The notes beneath the pieces are model-generated. The model did no database searches. It had not been told where the DNA came from and saw only the letters and a list, made by a program, of their open reading frames with translations. From Octopus sinensis (lineage: Eukaryota): 64,000 nucleotides of DNA. The stretch spans positions 21,700,001 through 21,764,000 of the forward strand of contig NC_043017.1 in assembly GCF_006345805.1 (NCBI RefSeq). The letters run 5' to 3'. The translations under genes were made by a program, and so were the position numbers. Below are positions 11,631 through 22,935 of the stretch, in pieces. The stretch's first letter is position 1. The number at the start of each line of letters is the position of its first letter.

Positions 11631-12110
11631 GATAGTATGTTGTCAACTTAATGTGATTGTCCCATGAAAGGGAAGAATGCTACCATTATTTAGCCCTAGG
11701 ACACACCGTTTCCTGTCGAACTTGACACATTTCCTGTGTCTTTATGTTTTCAAAGTGGAGACAAGCATCTCCACCCAGCAAAGCCAGCATCCAGAGACTA
11801 GTTTCAGGGTCATTGCTCATCATCAGTCTGGAGTAGCATGGCTTGCTAGCTGTCGATGCCTATCTGCCTCTGAAAACATATATATTTCAAGTGAAATATA
11901 TTCATCGATTTTTTTGAAAATAGAAATAATACATTGTAACATAAGTATACGGTAAATGTGTCAAGTCCAACAGGAAACGGTGTTTCCTAGGGCTAAATAA
12001 CAGTATCATTCTTCCCTTTCATGGGACTGTCATATAAGTTGACAACATACTATCAACTTTATCATGCTGCTACTGCATAAATCTCTCTGAGAGATTTAGA
12101 AATGTATTAT
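11631..12110 (-). mobile_element. Fold-back element with long inverted arms and central hammerhead, copy 1
   Basis: Arms gatagtatgttgtcaactta...ttgacacattt (11631-11732) pair with aaatgtgtcaag...taagttgacaacatactatc (11954-12054); homologous to 60472-60826. Confidence 0.85.
11790..11832 (-). ncRNA. Minimal hammerhead motif (canonical core)
   Basis: Minus strand TCCAGA CTGATGA tgagcaatgaccct GAAA CTAG TC TCTGGA. Confidence 0.65.
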
Positions 12111-12375
12111 TCATATATATATATATAAAATTTATATGGCTGACAGTTTACAATGTTTTACCAAAAAGGAAAACTATTATTGTCACTAAATATGCCAAGG
12201 GTGTTAGACACACCTACATTGCTAGAAATAAGAGCTGAAATGCTCTAATGCTGTAGTCAAAGCACATATTTGCACACTGACAGCAATTATAATCATCCAA
12301 CAACATCATTTGAGAATTCCATACACTGACATCAGATCGGCAATTTTCATATATATATATTAATACTCATAAATA

Positions 12376-12547
12376 GGTGCAGGAGTGGCTGTGTGGTAAG
12401 TAGCTTGCTTACCAGCCACATGATTCCAGGTTCAGTCCCACTGCCTGGCACCTTGGGCAAGTGTCTTCTACTATAGCTTTGGGCCAACCAAATCCTTGTG
12501 AGTGGATTTGGTAGACGGAAACTGAAAGAAGCCCCTCATATATATGA

Positions 12548-12618
<71 letters not shown>

Positions 12619-12803
12619 CTTGTGCATTTGTGTTTGTCGCCCCAACATCGCTTGACAACTGATGGTAGTGTGTTTATGTTCCCGTAATTTAGTGGTTCAG
12701 CAAAAAGAGACCGATATACTAAAAACCATAGCAGAAACACCCAGACCATTCAAGTGAAAGCAGTGCTCCAGCATGGCCTTAGCCACCATGATGGTTAAAA
12801 CAA
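12376..12803 (+). mobile_element. SINE family A
   Basis: Head ggtgcaggagtggctgtgtggtaag, CORE-like ccttgggcaagtg, tail gtgctccagcatggcc. Confidence 0.9.
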
Positions 12804-13609
12804 ACCAACACCAGTCATGTCAAATTATGGTAGCAGGGATAAACATAAAGACATTCACACACACACAAACACACACAATATGCACATATATACAAAAGGC
12901 TTCCACACAGTTTCCATCAACCAAATTCACTCAGAAACATTGGTCAACTGACGACTTTTTAGTAGAAAGCACCTGCCCAAGTTGTCACACAGTGGGACAG
13001 AACCTGAAACCACACACTTGCAAACCAAGCTTCTTGTGTCTGTCTGCATATATATATATATGTATGTATACAGCCATCATGTTTGTGTCTGTATGTGTGT
13101 ATATATATATATATGTATATATATTACACAGTTTCCTCTTGAAATATATGCATACAAAACAACCGTCTGTCATATTCAAAGATCCTGAAACACATCCAAG
13201 CAAAATACTAAATATTGCCAATGAGATCGTTTCTGTTGGCATTTGCAGAGCAGGTTTGCAGACGATTGCTAACTGAATCAATACCAGTATCACCTCCTCC
13301 TCTTCTTCTTCTTCTTCTTCTTCCTCCACCTCCTTCACCTCCTCTTCTTCTTCTTGTCCCTTCTCTTTCTTCTTCTTGTCCCTTCTCTTTCTTCTTCTTC
13401 TTCTTCTTCTTCCTCCTCTCCCTCCTCTCCTTCTTCTTCTTCTTCTATCGACTTGTGTTGGGCACTGACACAGATGCACCACACTTCTCTTTAATTACCA
13501 GACTGGTGTGGCAATGTTCTAAAATTATCTCTTCAAAAGCTAATAATACCTGCGTTTCCTACTCCTTTGTGGTTACTATTCACTATGATAATGATAATAA
13601 TAATAATAA

Positions 13610-13815
13610 TAGTTTCAAATTTTGCCACAAGGCCAGCAATTTTGGGGGAGGGGATGAGTCGATTATATTGACCCCAGTACACAACTGGTACTTAATTTAT
13701 CTACCCAGAAAGCAAAGTCGACCTCAGCAGAATTTGAACTCAGAATGTAGCGATGGGCAAAACACCTCTAAGTATTTCATCCGTCATGCTAATGATTCTG
13801 CCATCTTGCTGCCTT
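13610..13815 (-). mobile_element. SINE family B
   Basis: Reverse complement of ggcagaatcattagc..ttctgagttcaaattctgctgaggtcgactttgc..aagtaccagttg with an (ATT)n tail. Confidence 0.85.
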
Positions 13816-14831
13816 AATGTGATAATAATAATAATAAGTTTGAAGATATATGGTTCAGTGGTGAGGCACACACATACGCACACACACACACAGACACACA
13901 CACATAAATGTATACATACATGCATATATCAACAATAAGAATTATAAGGAGTATTATGATTACCTGAAAGCAAATCAGTAAACGTCTTGGAGTAATTCCT
14001 TACTATTTATAATGTGTGTGTGTGTGTGTGTATATATATATACATACATTTATGTGCATATATATATATATGTATATATACACACACATATATATATAAT
14101 GTAGGTAGGGTTATAATTCACCCTCTATTGGAAGAATTTCTAATAGGAGATATTCCTTACATGTTTACTCTATATGTAATATTTTGTAACACCTATTAGT
14201 AAATGAAACATGTATAATGATGAATAAATAATATTAAAATACTTTTGCAGCTTCCTCTTTTGATACACACACACACAATGCACATATATAAATCCTGTAA
14301 TCCCGCATCTTTCTAGAAGTGTACACACACGCACCCAGATTGTTGCATTGTGTTTTCAGTGTTGGCTAACATACAACAAGCATTGTAAAGAAATATTAAA
14401 AATATTAAAGAAGGAAGCAATATTACTTCTGCTTAAGGCTTCGTACCATAATTCACCAGAGTTTCCTTTACATAATTAACGATTATGTCTGCAGTCTTAT
14501 AAGGTGTGTTGCTTAATACAATCAGTTTGGACTGTAAAACACCATTCTTCCAGTCAAAGTACAAAATAATTACAGGAAGCAATACTTTATTGAGTTGTGA
14601 TTACCCCCACCCCACCCCACCTGTAGCAATTCCACAATGTTCTTGGTTTCATTTCTTCATGGTTTTGCTGAAGAAGCATTAACAGAATGCAATGCAAAGA
14701 CCAAATTAATACTTACATCTTTTGTTCAACCATCAAAAAACTAACTTCCTTGCTACATTAGAATCAGAGACGGCCTTTTTAAACAGTGGCAGATTAACAG
14801 TTGATGTTCACGAAAATTTTAGAGTGTTTAA

Positions 14832-14939
14832 CCTTTAGCACACTGTAAGTGTATCATGTCACTGTATGAGATTTCTTTCCTGTAGTAACAGGGCAATGCC
14901 AGGGGAAACAATTCTAGAGAAAATGCAGTGTGCTAAAGC
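14832..14939. mobile_element. 108-bp TTAA-flanked MITE (piggyBac-like)
   Basis: TTAA|CCTTTAGCACACTG ... CAGTGTGCTAAAGC|TTAA; 13/14 terminal inverted repeat. Confidence 0.7.
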
Positions 14940-15241
14940 TTAATATGAAATGCTTAAGTACCTTCTACAGCAGTGACAACATCGTCAGATTTTTTTCACC
15001 TAGTTGTCAAAAATATTAATAAATAAAATCAAATTTGTCAGTTTTATAAATGAGTCCACTTTTTGAACTGCTTCTGTGTGCTTATCCAAATTTCCATGCA
15101 TGCTTGGGAATTATGAATGCCCTTAGTTACCTCAGAACTGTATGCTCGCGGTTCTCCCACTAAACACAGCATTTTCCCATTCCTCTCTGCTTCTATTACA
15201 CTGTAGCTGTCTGCCCCACAACTCTACAGTGATTTTTTAAA

Positions 15242-15465
15242 ATGCCGGTGGCACATAAAAGGCACCCTGCATTCTCTGTAGAGTGGTTGGCATTAGGAAG
15301 GGCATCCAGTTGTAGAAACGATGTCACTACAGACACTTGGAGTCTGGACAGCTTTCCAGCTGGCCAGCTCCAGTCAAACCGTCCAACCCATGCCAGCATA
15401 GAAAGAAAAAGACGTTAAATGATGATGATCATCATGAAGATGATGATGATGATGATGATAATGAT
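15242..15465 (+). mobile_element. Family C retroelement 3' end with (GAT)n tail
   Basis: ggcacataaaaggcacc..gagtggttggcattaggaagggcatccag..ccatgccagcat..gttaaatgatgatg; copies at ~26900, 39675, 55150(-) and 60163. Confidence 0.85.
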
Positions 15466-16015
15466 AATTTGGACATTTTTATTCATGGTGGTTGAACACA
15501 CCATTTTATGCTCCGGGGGCAAGTGTAACAAATTTTAAGCTGCAGCTATGGTAACAAGAGACAAACCCAAAATACAGACGAATGTAAAATACTGTCACTG
15601 CAAGTTAAAAATTGACCGAAGACAGGTCACTATCATAGATGTCAATATATATAAATAACAGGGTTAAAAATCTGCTGAAATTACAGTATACATTTAATGT
15701 ACATCATATATATGTATGCAATTTATGGTTGTAAAAGTACACAGTAAGTGAGAAAGAAAAAAAAAGAGAAAAACATCGTGCTGTATGCAACTGAATAACA
15801 AAGAAAAGCAAGTTATACAATATTTGCTAATTCTAAAATCTGTTGGCAGTAAAATTCACAAGGTTTTTTTTTTTCTTTTTGATACGCATACACTGCTGAA
15901 AGTAAATGAGATCTGCATGGTTTTTCACCTCCTCTCTCGCTCTCACTCCCTCATGCACACACACACACACACACACACACATGCACGCACACACATTCAT
16001 ACAGTTTTTTTCTCA

Positions 16016-17095
16016 AGCTGGCAGAATTGATAGAAAATTGTAAAATGTGCTGTATATTAATTTTTTCTGGCTCTTTATATTCTGAGCTCAAATCCTACAG
16101 GTGTCTTTCATCCCACAAGGGGCAATAAAATGAGCTATTTTAACTTTTTCTGGCTCTATATTCTGAGCTCAAATCCTGCTGGTGACTTTTAACCCTTTAA
16201 GGGGCAATAAAATGAGCCATATTAATTTTTTCTGGCTCTTTATATTCTGAGCTCAAATTCTGCTGGTATCTTTCATCCCACAAGGGGCAATAAAATGAGC
16301 TATATTAATTTTTTCTGGCTCTTTATATTCTGAGCTCAAATCCTGCTGGTGTCGTTCATCCCTTAAGGGGCAATAAAATGAGCCATATTAATTTTTTCTG
16401 GCTCTTTATATTCTGAGCTCAAATTCTGCTGGTATCTTTCATCCCACAAGGGGCAATAAAATGAGCTATATTAATTTTTTCTGGCTCTTTATATTCTGAG
16501 CTCAAATCCTGCTGGTGTCGTTCATCCCTTAAGGGGCAATAAAATGAGCCATATTAATTTTTTCTGGCTCTTTATATTCTGAGTTCAAATCCTGCTGGTG
16601 TCTTTCATCCCTTAAGGGGCAATAAAATGAGCTATATTAATTTTTTCTGGCTCTATATTCTGAGTTCAAATCCTGCTGGTGTCTTTCATCCCTCAAGGGG
16701 CAATAAAATGAGCTATATTAATTTTTTCTGGCACTATATTCTGAGTTCAAATCCTGCTGGTGTCTTTCATCCCTTAAGGGGCAATAAAATGAGCTATATT
16801 AATTTTTTCTGGCACTATATTCTGAGTTCAAATCCTGCTGGTGTCTTTCATCCCTTAAGGGGCAATAAAATGAGCTATATTAATTTTTTCTGGCACTATA
16901 TTCTAAGTTCAAATCCTGCTGGTGTCTTTCATCCCTTAAGGGGCAATAAAATGAGCTATATTAATTTTTTCTGGCTCTATATTCTGAGTTCAAATCCTGC
17001 TGGTGTCTTTCATCCCTTAAGGGGCAATAAAATGAGCTTGATGTAAATGATTTCCCGTCTAAACTTCTGGCTTTGTGCTTAAATCAGAAACAATT
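16016..17095 (+). repeat. 12-unit 81-83 bp tandem array amplified inside a family B SINE
   Basis: caataaaatgag recurs at 16123, 16205, 16288, 16371, 16454, 16537, 16620, 16701, 16782, 16863, 16944 and 17025; the SINE head agctggcagaat precedes the array and the SINE tail ctggctttgtgcttaaatcagaaacaatt follows it. Confidence 0.95.
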
Positions 17096-17171
17096 GTCAG
17101 AAGTTTATCATTATGAAGGAGGCTGAAATTCTGAACTTTTGAAGAAATGAAAAAGGGGATTTCTAGATCTA

Positions 17172-17322
17172 GGTGCAGGCACGGCTGTGTGGTAAGAGGT
17201 TTAGTTTCAAACCACATGGCGCTGGGTTCAGTCCCAATGTATAGGCAAGTGTCTTCTACTTTAACTTTGGGCTGACCAAAGCCTTGTGAGTGGATTTTGT
17301 AGATGGAAACTGAAAGAAGCCT
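17172..17322 (+). mobile_element. SINE family A head
   Basis: ggtgcaggcacggctgtgtggtaag..gggttcagtccca..aaactgaaagaagcc. Confidence 0.85.
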
Positions 17323-17389
17323 GAGCTGCCCACTCATTGGTTCATAACCAATTGTATGTGCAGAAATATGGGTATTGAGTGCATTGTGA

Positions 17390-18800
17390 ATGTGTGTGTG
17401 CTTGTGTGTGTGTGTGTGTGTGTGTGTGCCTGTGTGTGTTGGTGTGTGTGTGTGTATGTGTGCCTGTGTGTGCATATGAATGTATGTTGTGTTTGTGTGT
17501 GTGCCTGTGTGCACGTATGAATGTGCATGCATGTATGTGTGTTTGCGTGTGTGTGTGTGTGTGTGCCAGTGTGTGCGTGTGTGTGTGTGTGCTGGTGTGT
17601 GCATATGAATGTGCATGCATGTGTGTGTGTGTGCCTGTGTGTGCATGTGTGTGTGTTTGTGTGTGTGTGTGTGCATATGAATGTGCATGCATGTGTTTGC
17701 GTGTGTGTACGTGCCGGTGTGTGCATATGAATTTGCATGTGTATGTGTGTGTGTCTTTATGGGCATGTATATATATATACTCACACATGTGTATGTATGT
17801 GTTTATACATTAAACCATCAGTCTGTATGTGAGAAAGTGTGAATAATAGGCAAAACAATAGCATATGCAAATGTATATGTGTGTGTATAGGCTGGTGATT
17901 ATTTACATGTATGCAAGCATGTGTGTATGTGTGCATATGTGTTTGCATATGTGTCTATGTGTGTGTGTCTGTGTTTGTATATGAGACTATGTGTGTGTAA
18001 TATGCAAATGTATATGTGTGTGTATAGGCTGGTGATTATTTACATGTATGCAAGTGTGTGTGTGTATGTGTGTATATGTGTTTGCATGTGTCTATGTGTG
18101 TGTGTATGTCTGTGCTTGTATATGAGACTATGTGTGTGTATGTGTATGTCTGTGCTTGTATATGAGACTATGTGTGTGTATGTGTGTGTGTATTTATATG
18201 TGTGTGTGTGTGTGCATATGAATGTGCATGCATGTGTTTGCGTGTGTGTACGTGCCGGTGTGTGCATATGAATTTGCATGTGTATGTGTGTGTGTGTCTT
18301 TATGGGCATGTATATATATATACTCACACATGTGTATGTATGTGTTTATACATTAAACCATCAGTCTGTATGTGAGAAAGTGTGAATAATAGGCAAAACA
18401 ATAGCATATGCAAATGTATATGTGTGTGTGTATAGGCTGGTGATTATTTACATGTATGCAAGCATGTGTGTATGTGTGCATATGTGTTTGCATATGTGTC
18501 TATGTGTGTGTGTCTGTGTTTGTATATGAGACTATGTGTGTGTAATATGCAAATGTATATGTGTGTGTATAGGCTGGTGATTATTTACATGTATGCAAGT
18601 GTGTGTGTGTATGTCTGTGCTTGTATATGAGACTATGTGTGTGTATGTGTGTGTGTGTGTGTGTGTATGTCTGTGCTTGTATATGAGACTATGTGTGTGT
18701 ATGTGTATGTCTGTGCTTGTATATGAGACTATGTGTGTGTATGTGTGTGTGTATTTATATGTGTGTGTGTGTGTGTGTGTGCGTGTGTTTGTTTGTATGT
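17390..18800. repeat. GT-rich microsatellite field with nested duplications (~541-bp offset)
   Basis: Block gtgcatatgaatgtgcatgcatgtgtttgcgtgtgtgtacgtgccgg..taaaccatcagtctg..aggcaaaacaatagc occurs at ~17671 and ~18212; ataggctggtgattatttacatg occurs four times. Confidence 0.9.
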
Positions 18801-19433
18801 GAGCGAAGGGGATGAAAAGAGAGGTGTTAATAGATGTCTTCTTTCAATGGAGTCATTATTATGGATGTTTAACTTCACATCAGAGACATCAGACATGTGT
18901 TAATGACTGTCTGCATTTGAGTGTGAGAGAGCAGAGAGAGAGAGGGAGTAAAATAGACAGGAGAGGCAGAGAGAAGAAGAGAGAGAGAGAGAGAGAGAGA
19001 GGGGGAGTGAGGAAAATAGATAGGAGAGGCAGAGAGAAGAGGAAAGAGAAGGAAAAGAGGGAGGGAGAGACAAATACGCAGAGAGAGGAAAAAGATGTCA
19101 ATGAACAGTTTTTCAGTGAAGAGAATACAGAAGTCAGGTTCATTGTCTTCAGTTTGTTTTGAATTGTATAAAGTCACACTCACACACACACACACACCCA
19201 CACACACACACACACACATTCATATAAGCAGACAGGGAGGCAAATACACAATCACATATATCACACAATTATAAGCTGAATGCAAATATCGGGTGTGTGT
19301 GTGTGTGTGTGCGTGTGTGTGAATGTGTGTGTGTGTATGAGCATAGCCTAGACATATTCTTACATATGCACACAGAAAGATATAATCATATATGTGTGTG
19401 TGTATAATATATGTGCGTGTATGTGTATATATA

Positions 19434-19481
<48 letters not shown>

Positions 19482-19991
19482 TACATATATATATAAGCGT
19501 ATGTGTGTGTATGTATATATATATAGATAGATAGATATAGATAGGCATACACATGTATGAAGATATATATGTATATATATGTATTGCATATATGTGTGTG
19601 TGTGTGGATGTTACTAATGTATATATATATATAATATATATATATATATACATAGAGAGACACAGAGATTCACAAACATACAAGCACACATCTACTGACG
19701 TGTGCACACACACACACACACATGTACGCATATATACACACGTACACATGCACACATATTCATAAGGTGAAAAAAATATGTTATACACAAATGCATGTTA
19801 TATAAGGTACCAAAGCATAATCTGATATAAAAGTGAATTCTTGGAGTCAAGTGAAAAGGTACGTTTTATGTAACAATAATTTAGCGTCTGTGAAAGTTTT
19901 GCCTGTTGGCTAATCATGACTACTCAAGAAATAGATTCTCAGTGTTTGATACAATATATACAGACATATACTCACACACACACCCACACAT

Positions 19992-20137
19992 GTTATACGA
20001 ATGCCTTTTTTACCCAACTTATGGATTTTTAAATGACTTACACACACACACTGACTTACACACACACCCACACATGTGTGTGTGTGTGTAAGTCATTTAA
20101 AAATCCATAAGTTGGGTAAAAAAGGCATTCGTATAAC
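19992..20137. repeat. Perfect ~60-bp inverted repeat with short spacer
   Basis: gttatacgaatgcc..aaatgacttacacacacacac (19992-20051) is the exact reverse complement of 20078-20137. Confidence 0.95.
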
Positions 20138-20151
20138 TGTCAATAGAGTGG

Positions 20152-20367
20152 ATACATTACCTGAAGTGTACAGCATTATATGTCCATTACTGCAGATCTT
20201 CCTAATTGGTTTCCGACCAGGGATTCCATATCGGCTACCTCTGATGAGTACAAGGTTACATAATTGGATTGTTACCTAACGCTCTGTTGAATCCCTGGCA
20301 CAAAACCAATTGGTGAGTTCGGCCAACCGTACTGTATATATAATACTGTACACTTCAGATAATATAT
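20152..20367 (+). mobile_element. TIR-bounded element with a degenerate internal hammerhead core
   Basis: 30-bp inverted ends (20152-20181 / 20338-20367, 3 C/T mismatches); CTGATGA at 20241, decayed stem II gtacaagg/cctggcac, then aaaa-ccaattgg. Confidence 0.65.
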
Positions 20368-20379
20368 ATATAAATATAT

Positions 20380-20505
20380 AGGTTGACTTTGCCTCTCGTC
20401 CTTTCAGGGCCAATAAATTAAGTGCCAGTTGTGTACTGGAGTCAATCTAATCAACTGGCCCCTTCCCCAAAAATTTCAGGCCTTGTGCCTAGAGTAGAAC
20501 AGAAT
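20380..20505 (+). mobile_element. SINE family B 3' half
   Basis: ggttgactttgcc..aaattaagtgccagtt..aaaatttcaggccttgtgcctagagtagaa. Confidence 0.85.
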
Positions 20506-20552
20506 ATATATATATATATATATATACTATATAAAATATATATATATATAAA

Positions 20553-20750
20553 GTTAATCCAAACAAGAAAGCACAAAAAAACACAACAACGCTAGGACGT
20601 GGAACAAATATAGTATTATTGGATGCTCAGGAAAGAAGGAGGGTTTAACGTTTCGAGCGGAGCTCTTCGTCGGAAACATAGGAGAAGGAAAGATCCAGAG
20701 AGGGAAGACAGAGGAAAAAAAATCGCCAACGGTACAGACGAGGTCACATT
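20553..20750 (-). mobile_element. Short element with hammerhead motif (U4C core)
   Basis: Minus strand 20677-20643 reads GTTT CCGACGA A GAGC tcc GCTC GAAA CG TT AAAC; the 3' end abuts (TA)n. Confidence 0.7.
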
Positions 20751-21990
20751 TATATATATATATGTATAGTTCAAATTTATAGAAGACAAAATACAAAGAC
20801 AGACATGGGAACAAGTAAGTGTATTAGTTTGACACTTGAGAAGAATGTTAAAGTCATTGATGTTTCAAGTATATACCCTTCAACAGAGAGGATTGAGAGT
20901 ATTAAAAAATGGAGAGGGAACATAAAAAAAGAGGAGAGAGAAAAAAATTGTTGGGAATAACAGTTTAACATGTTGAAAATGTGTGTATATATATATATAT
21001 GTATAATAAATATATAGACAGCCAATAATATAAGTGTGTGTCTGTGATCATTCCAAGGTGTATCTCATGGATACACCTTATATTTCTGGGGTCTTAGAGG
21101 ATTTCTGATTTTTCAACATCAGATGCTCCTCAAACCTGATAGCCTTGTTGGTCACGTGGTCATGTGATATTATTTCCCAGTGTCTTTAAATATGGGTTTA
21201 GTCACTTCTAATAATTTGGTGGCTGCTAACCTCTGAAGAACCAAAACAAACTTTGGACATCACAACCTCCATTCTGATGGTGGATGATTTCATGCAATTT
21301 CATCTTTTCCATTTGCAGTCCGCAAACCCCAGACATATCTAAGTTTCATATTTAATGACGCTGTTACAGAAATGAGAAATTAATTAATGTAGAATACAAT
21401 TATGTATATTATATAACTAATTAAACATTTATGAACGAAATGAACACGTATTTACACAGCTCATTTGTCAATAAACGAACGCATAATATGAATCAATGAA
21501 CAATACTGAAAATCAAATAATAATAATAATAATAATAACAATATTATCATTATTATTATTATTATTATGATTATTATTATTATTATATTATTATTATTAT
21601 TAATATTATTATTGCTATATTATATTCTAGTCATGTCCTGATATTCAATTTGGTGGCAGAAGCAAACGTAACTGTTTCCTGAATCTCATGTATAACACAG
21701 CCACTTCACAAAAAGCCTGTGCAGAATTTACAATCATTTTGAAGCAGACAACGATATGTTATATAATGCAATGGTAAGCTTCATTTTGCCAGGCCTTCCC
21801 GGTATAGATAAAAGCATTAGTCTTTGTTCATATATACTGAGTCCCTGTTTGTGTGTAAAGGATCTTCCTAATAATCCCTTGAAGTAATCATGTCATGTAT
21901 TTAAACATAGCCACCTAACAATCCGTAAGTTAGAAAGAAACAGGCATTCATATATTTGTCAACAGAGTGGGTATATTAATCTTTATTCTC

Positions 21991-22119
21991 TATAGTATCA
22001 TAGATCCATTTCAGCCTATTTTACATCTGATGAGTACTGTTTTTTGCTGTCATCTAGTTATGTAATTTGTATGTGAAACCATTTCGTAAAATCAGCTGAA
22101 ATAGATCTGTAATACTGTA
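21991..22119 (+). mobile_element. Hairpin element with degenerate hammerhead core
   Basis: Arms tatagtatcatagatccatttcagcctattttac / gtaaaatcagctgaaatagatctgtaatactgta enclose CTGATGA (22027) and GAAA (22075). Confidence 0.55.
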
Positions 22120-22122
22120 CAG

Positions 22123-22157
<35 letters not shown>

Positions 22158-22491
22158 CTATAATTATAATTTAGGGTATCTAAGAGATACCAACACGCTG
22201 GAAATAGCAGCCAAAACTCGACTCTAAGACCACATTAAATGTTCATACAGCTGTATGAACATATATATATATGGTTGTGAAAGATTTATTTCTAGAAAGA
22301 AAATGATGATATTTGATGCATAGAAATGCTTAGATGGTAAATGTTTTTCCTTTCCAAATTTATTCCTGTCGAATTTTATCCGTTATTTTTGTGGTTTACA
22401 GAACCTAGCTGTTCTTTCTAATGTGTTGAATTCATGTAAAGTGGATTCCTTATGTGTATAAATATACACTAATTCGTATGACTAATATATA

Positions 22492-22637
22492 TGGTTGTGT
22501 GGTAAGAAGTTTGCTTTCTTCCAGTCTCATGGTTTTGGGTTCAGTCCCCCTTGGGTAAATGTCTTTTTCTACAGTACAGGCTGACCAAAGCATTCTAAGG
22601 GGATTTGGTCGTTGGAAAATGAAAAAAGCCCATTGTA

Positions 22638-22682
<45 letters not shown>

Positions 22683-22935
22683 GTGTTTGAGTGTCAGTAT
22701 ATACATATTTGTGTATGTATATCTATGTGTGTTTATGTTGGTCTCCTACCATCACTTGACAGCTGGTGATGGTTTCTTTACATCCCAGGGACTTAGCAGT
22801 TTGGCAAAAAGAAACCAATAACAAATTAAGAAAATAAAATAAGTCCTGGGGTCAATATGTTCAAGCAAAACCCTTCGAGGCAGTGCACCAGCATGGCCAC
22901 AGTTCAATGACTGAAACAAGTATAAGAATAAAACA
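22492..22935 (+). mobile_element. SINE family A (diverged)
   Basis: Head, GT microsatellite and tail gcagtgcaccagcatggccacag..tgactgaaacaag. Confidence 0.85.

Noticed and set aside
16050-17040. CRISPR-like appearance of the regular array
   Set aside because: Whole units are repeated with no unique spacers, the context is eukaryotic and there are no cas genes.
16627-17046. 139-aa ORF of 27-aa repeats
   Set aside because: It arises because the homogenised satellite unit is 81 bp; the unit is SINE-derived and the 83-bp units break the frame.
21631-21773. Plus-strand exon-like segment (ag...gtaagc) with an open frame containing GGRSKR
   Set aside because: Weak polypyrimidine tract, no partner exons and no recognisable protein; it shows such signals can arise by chance.
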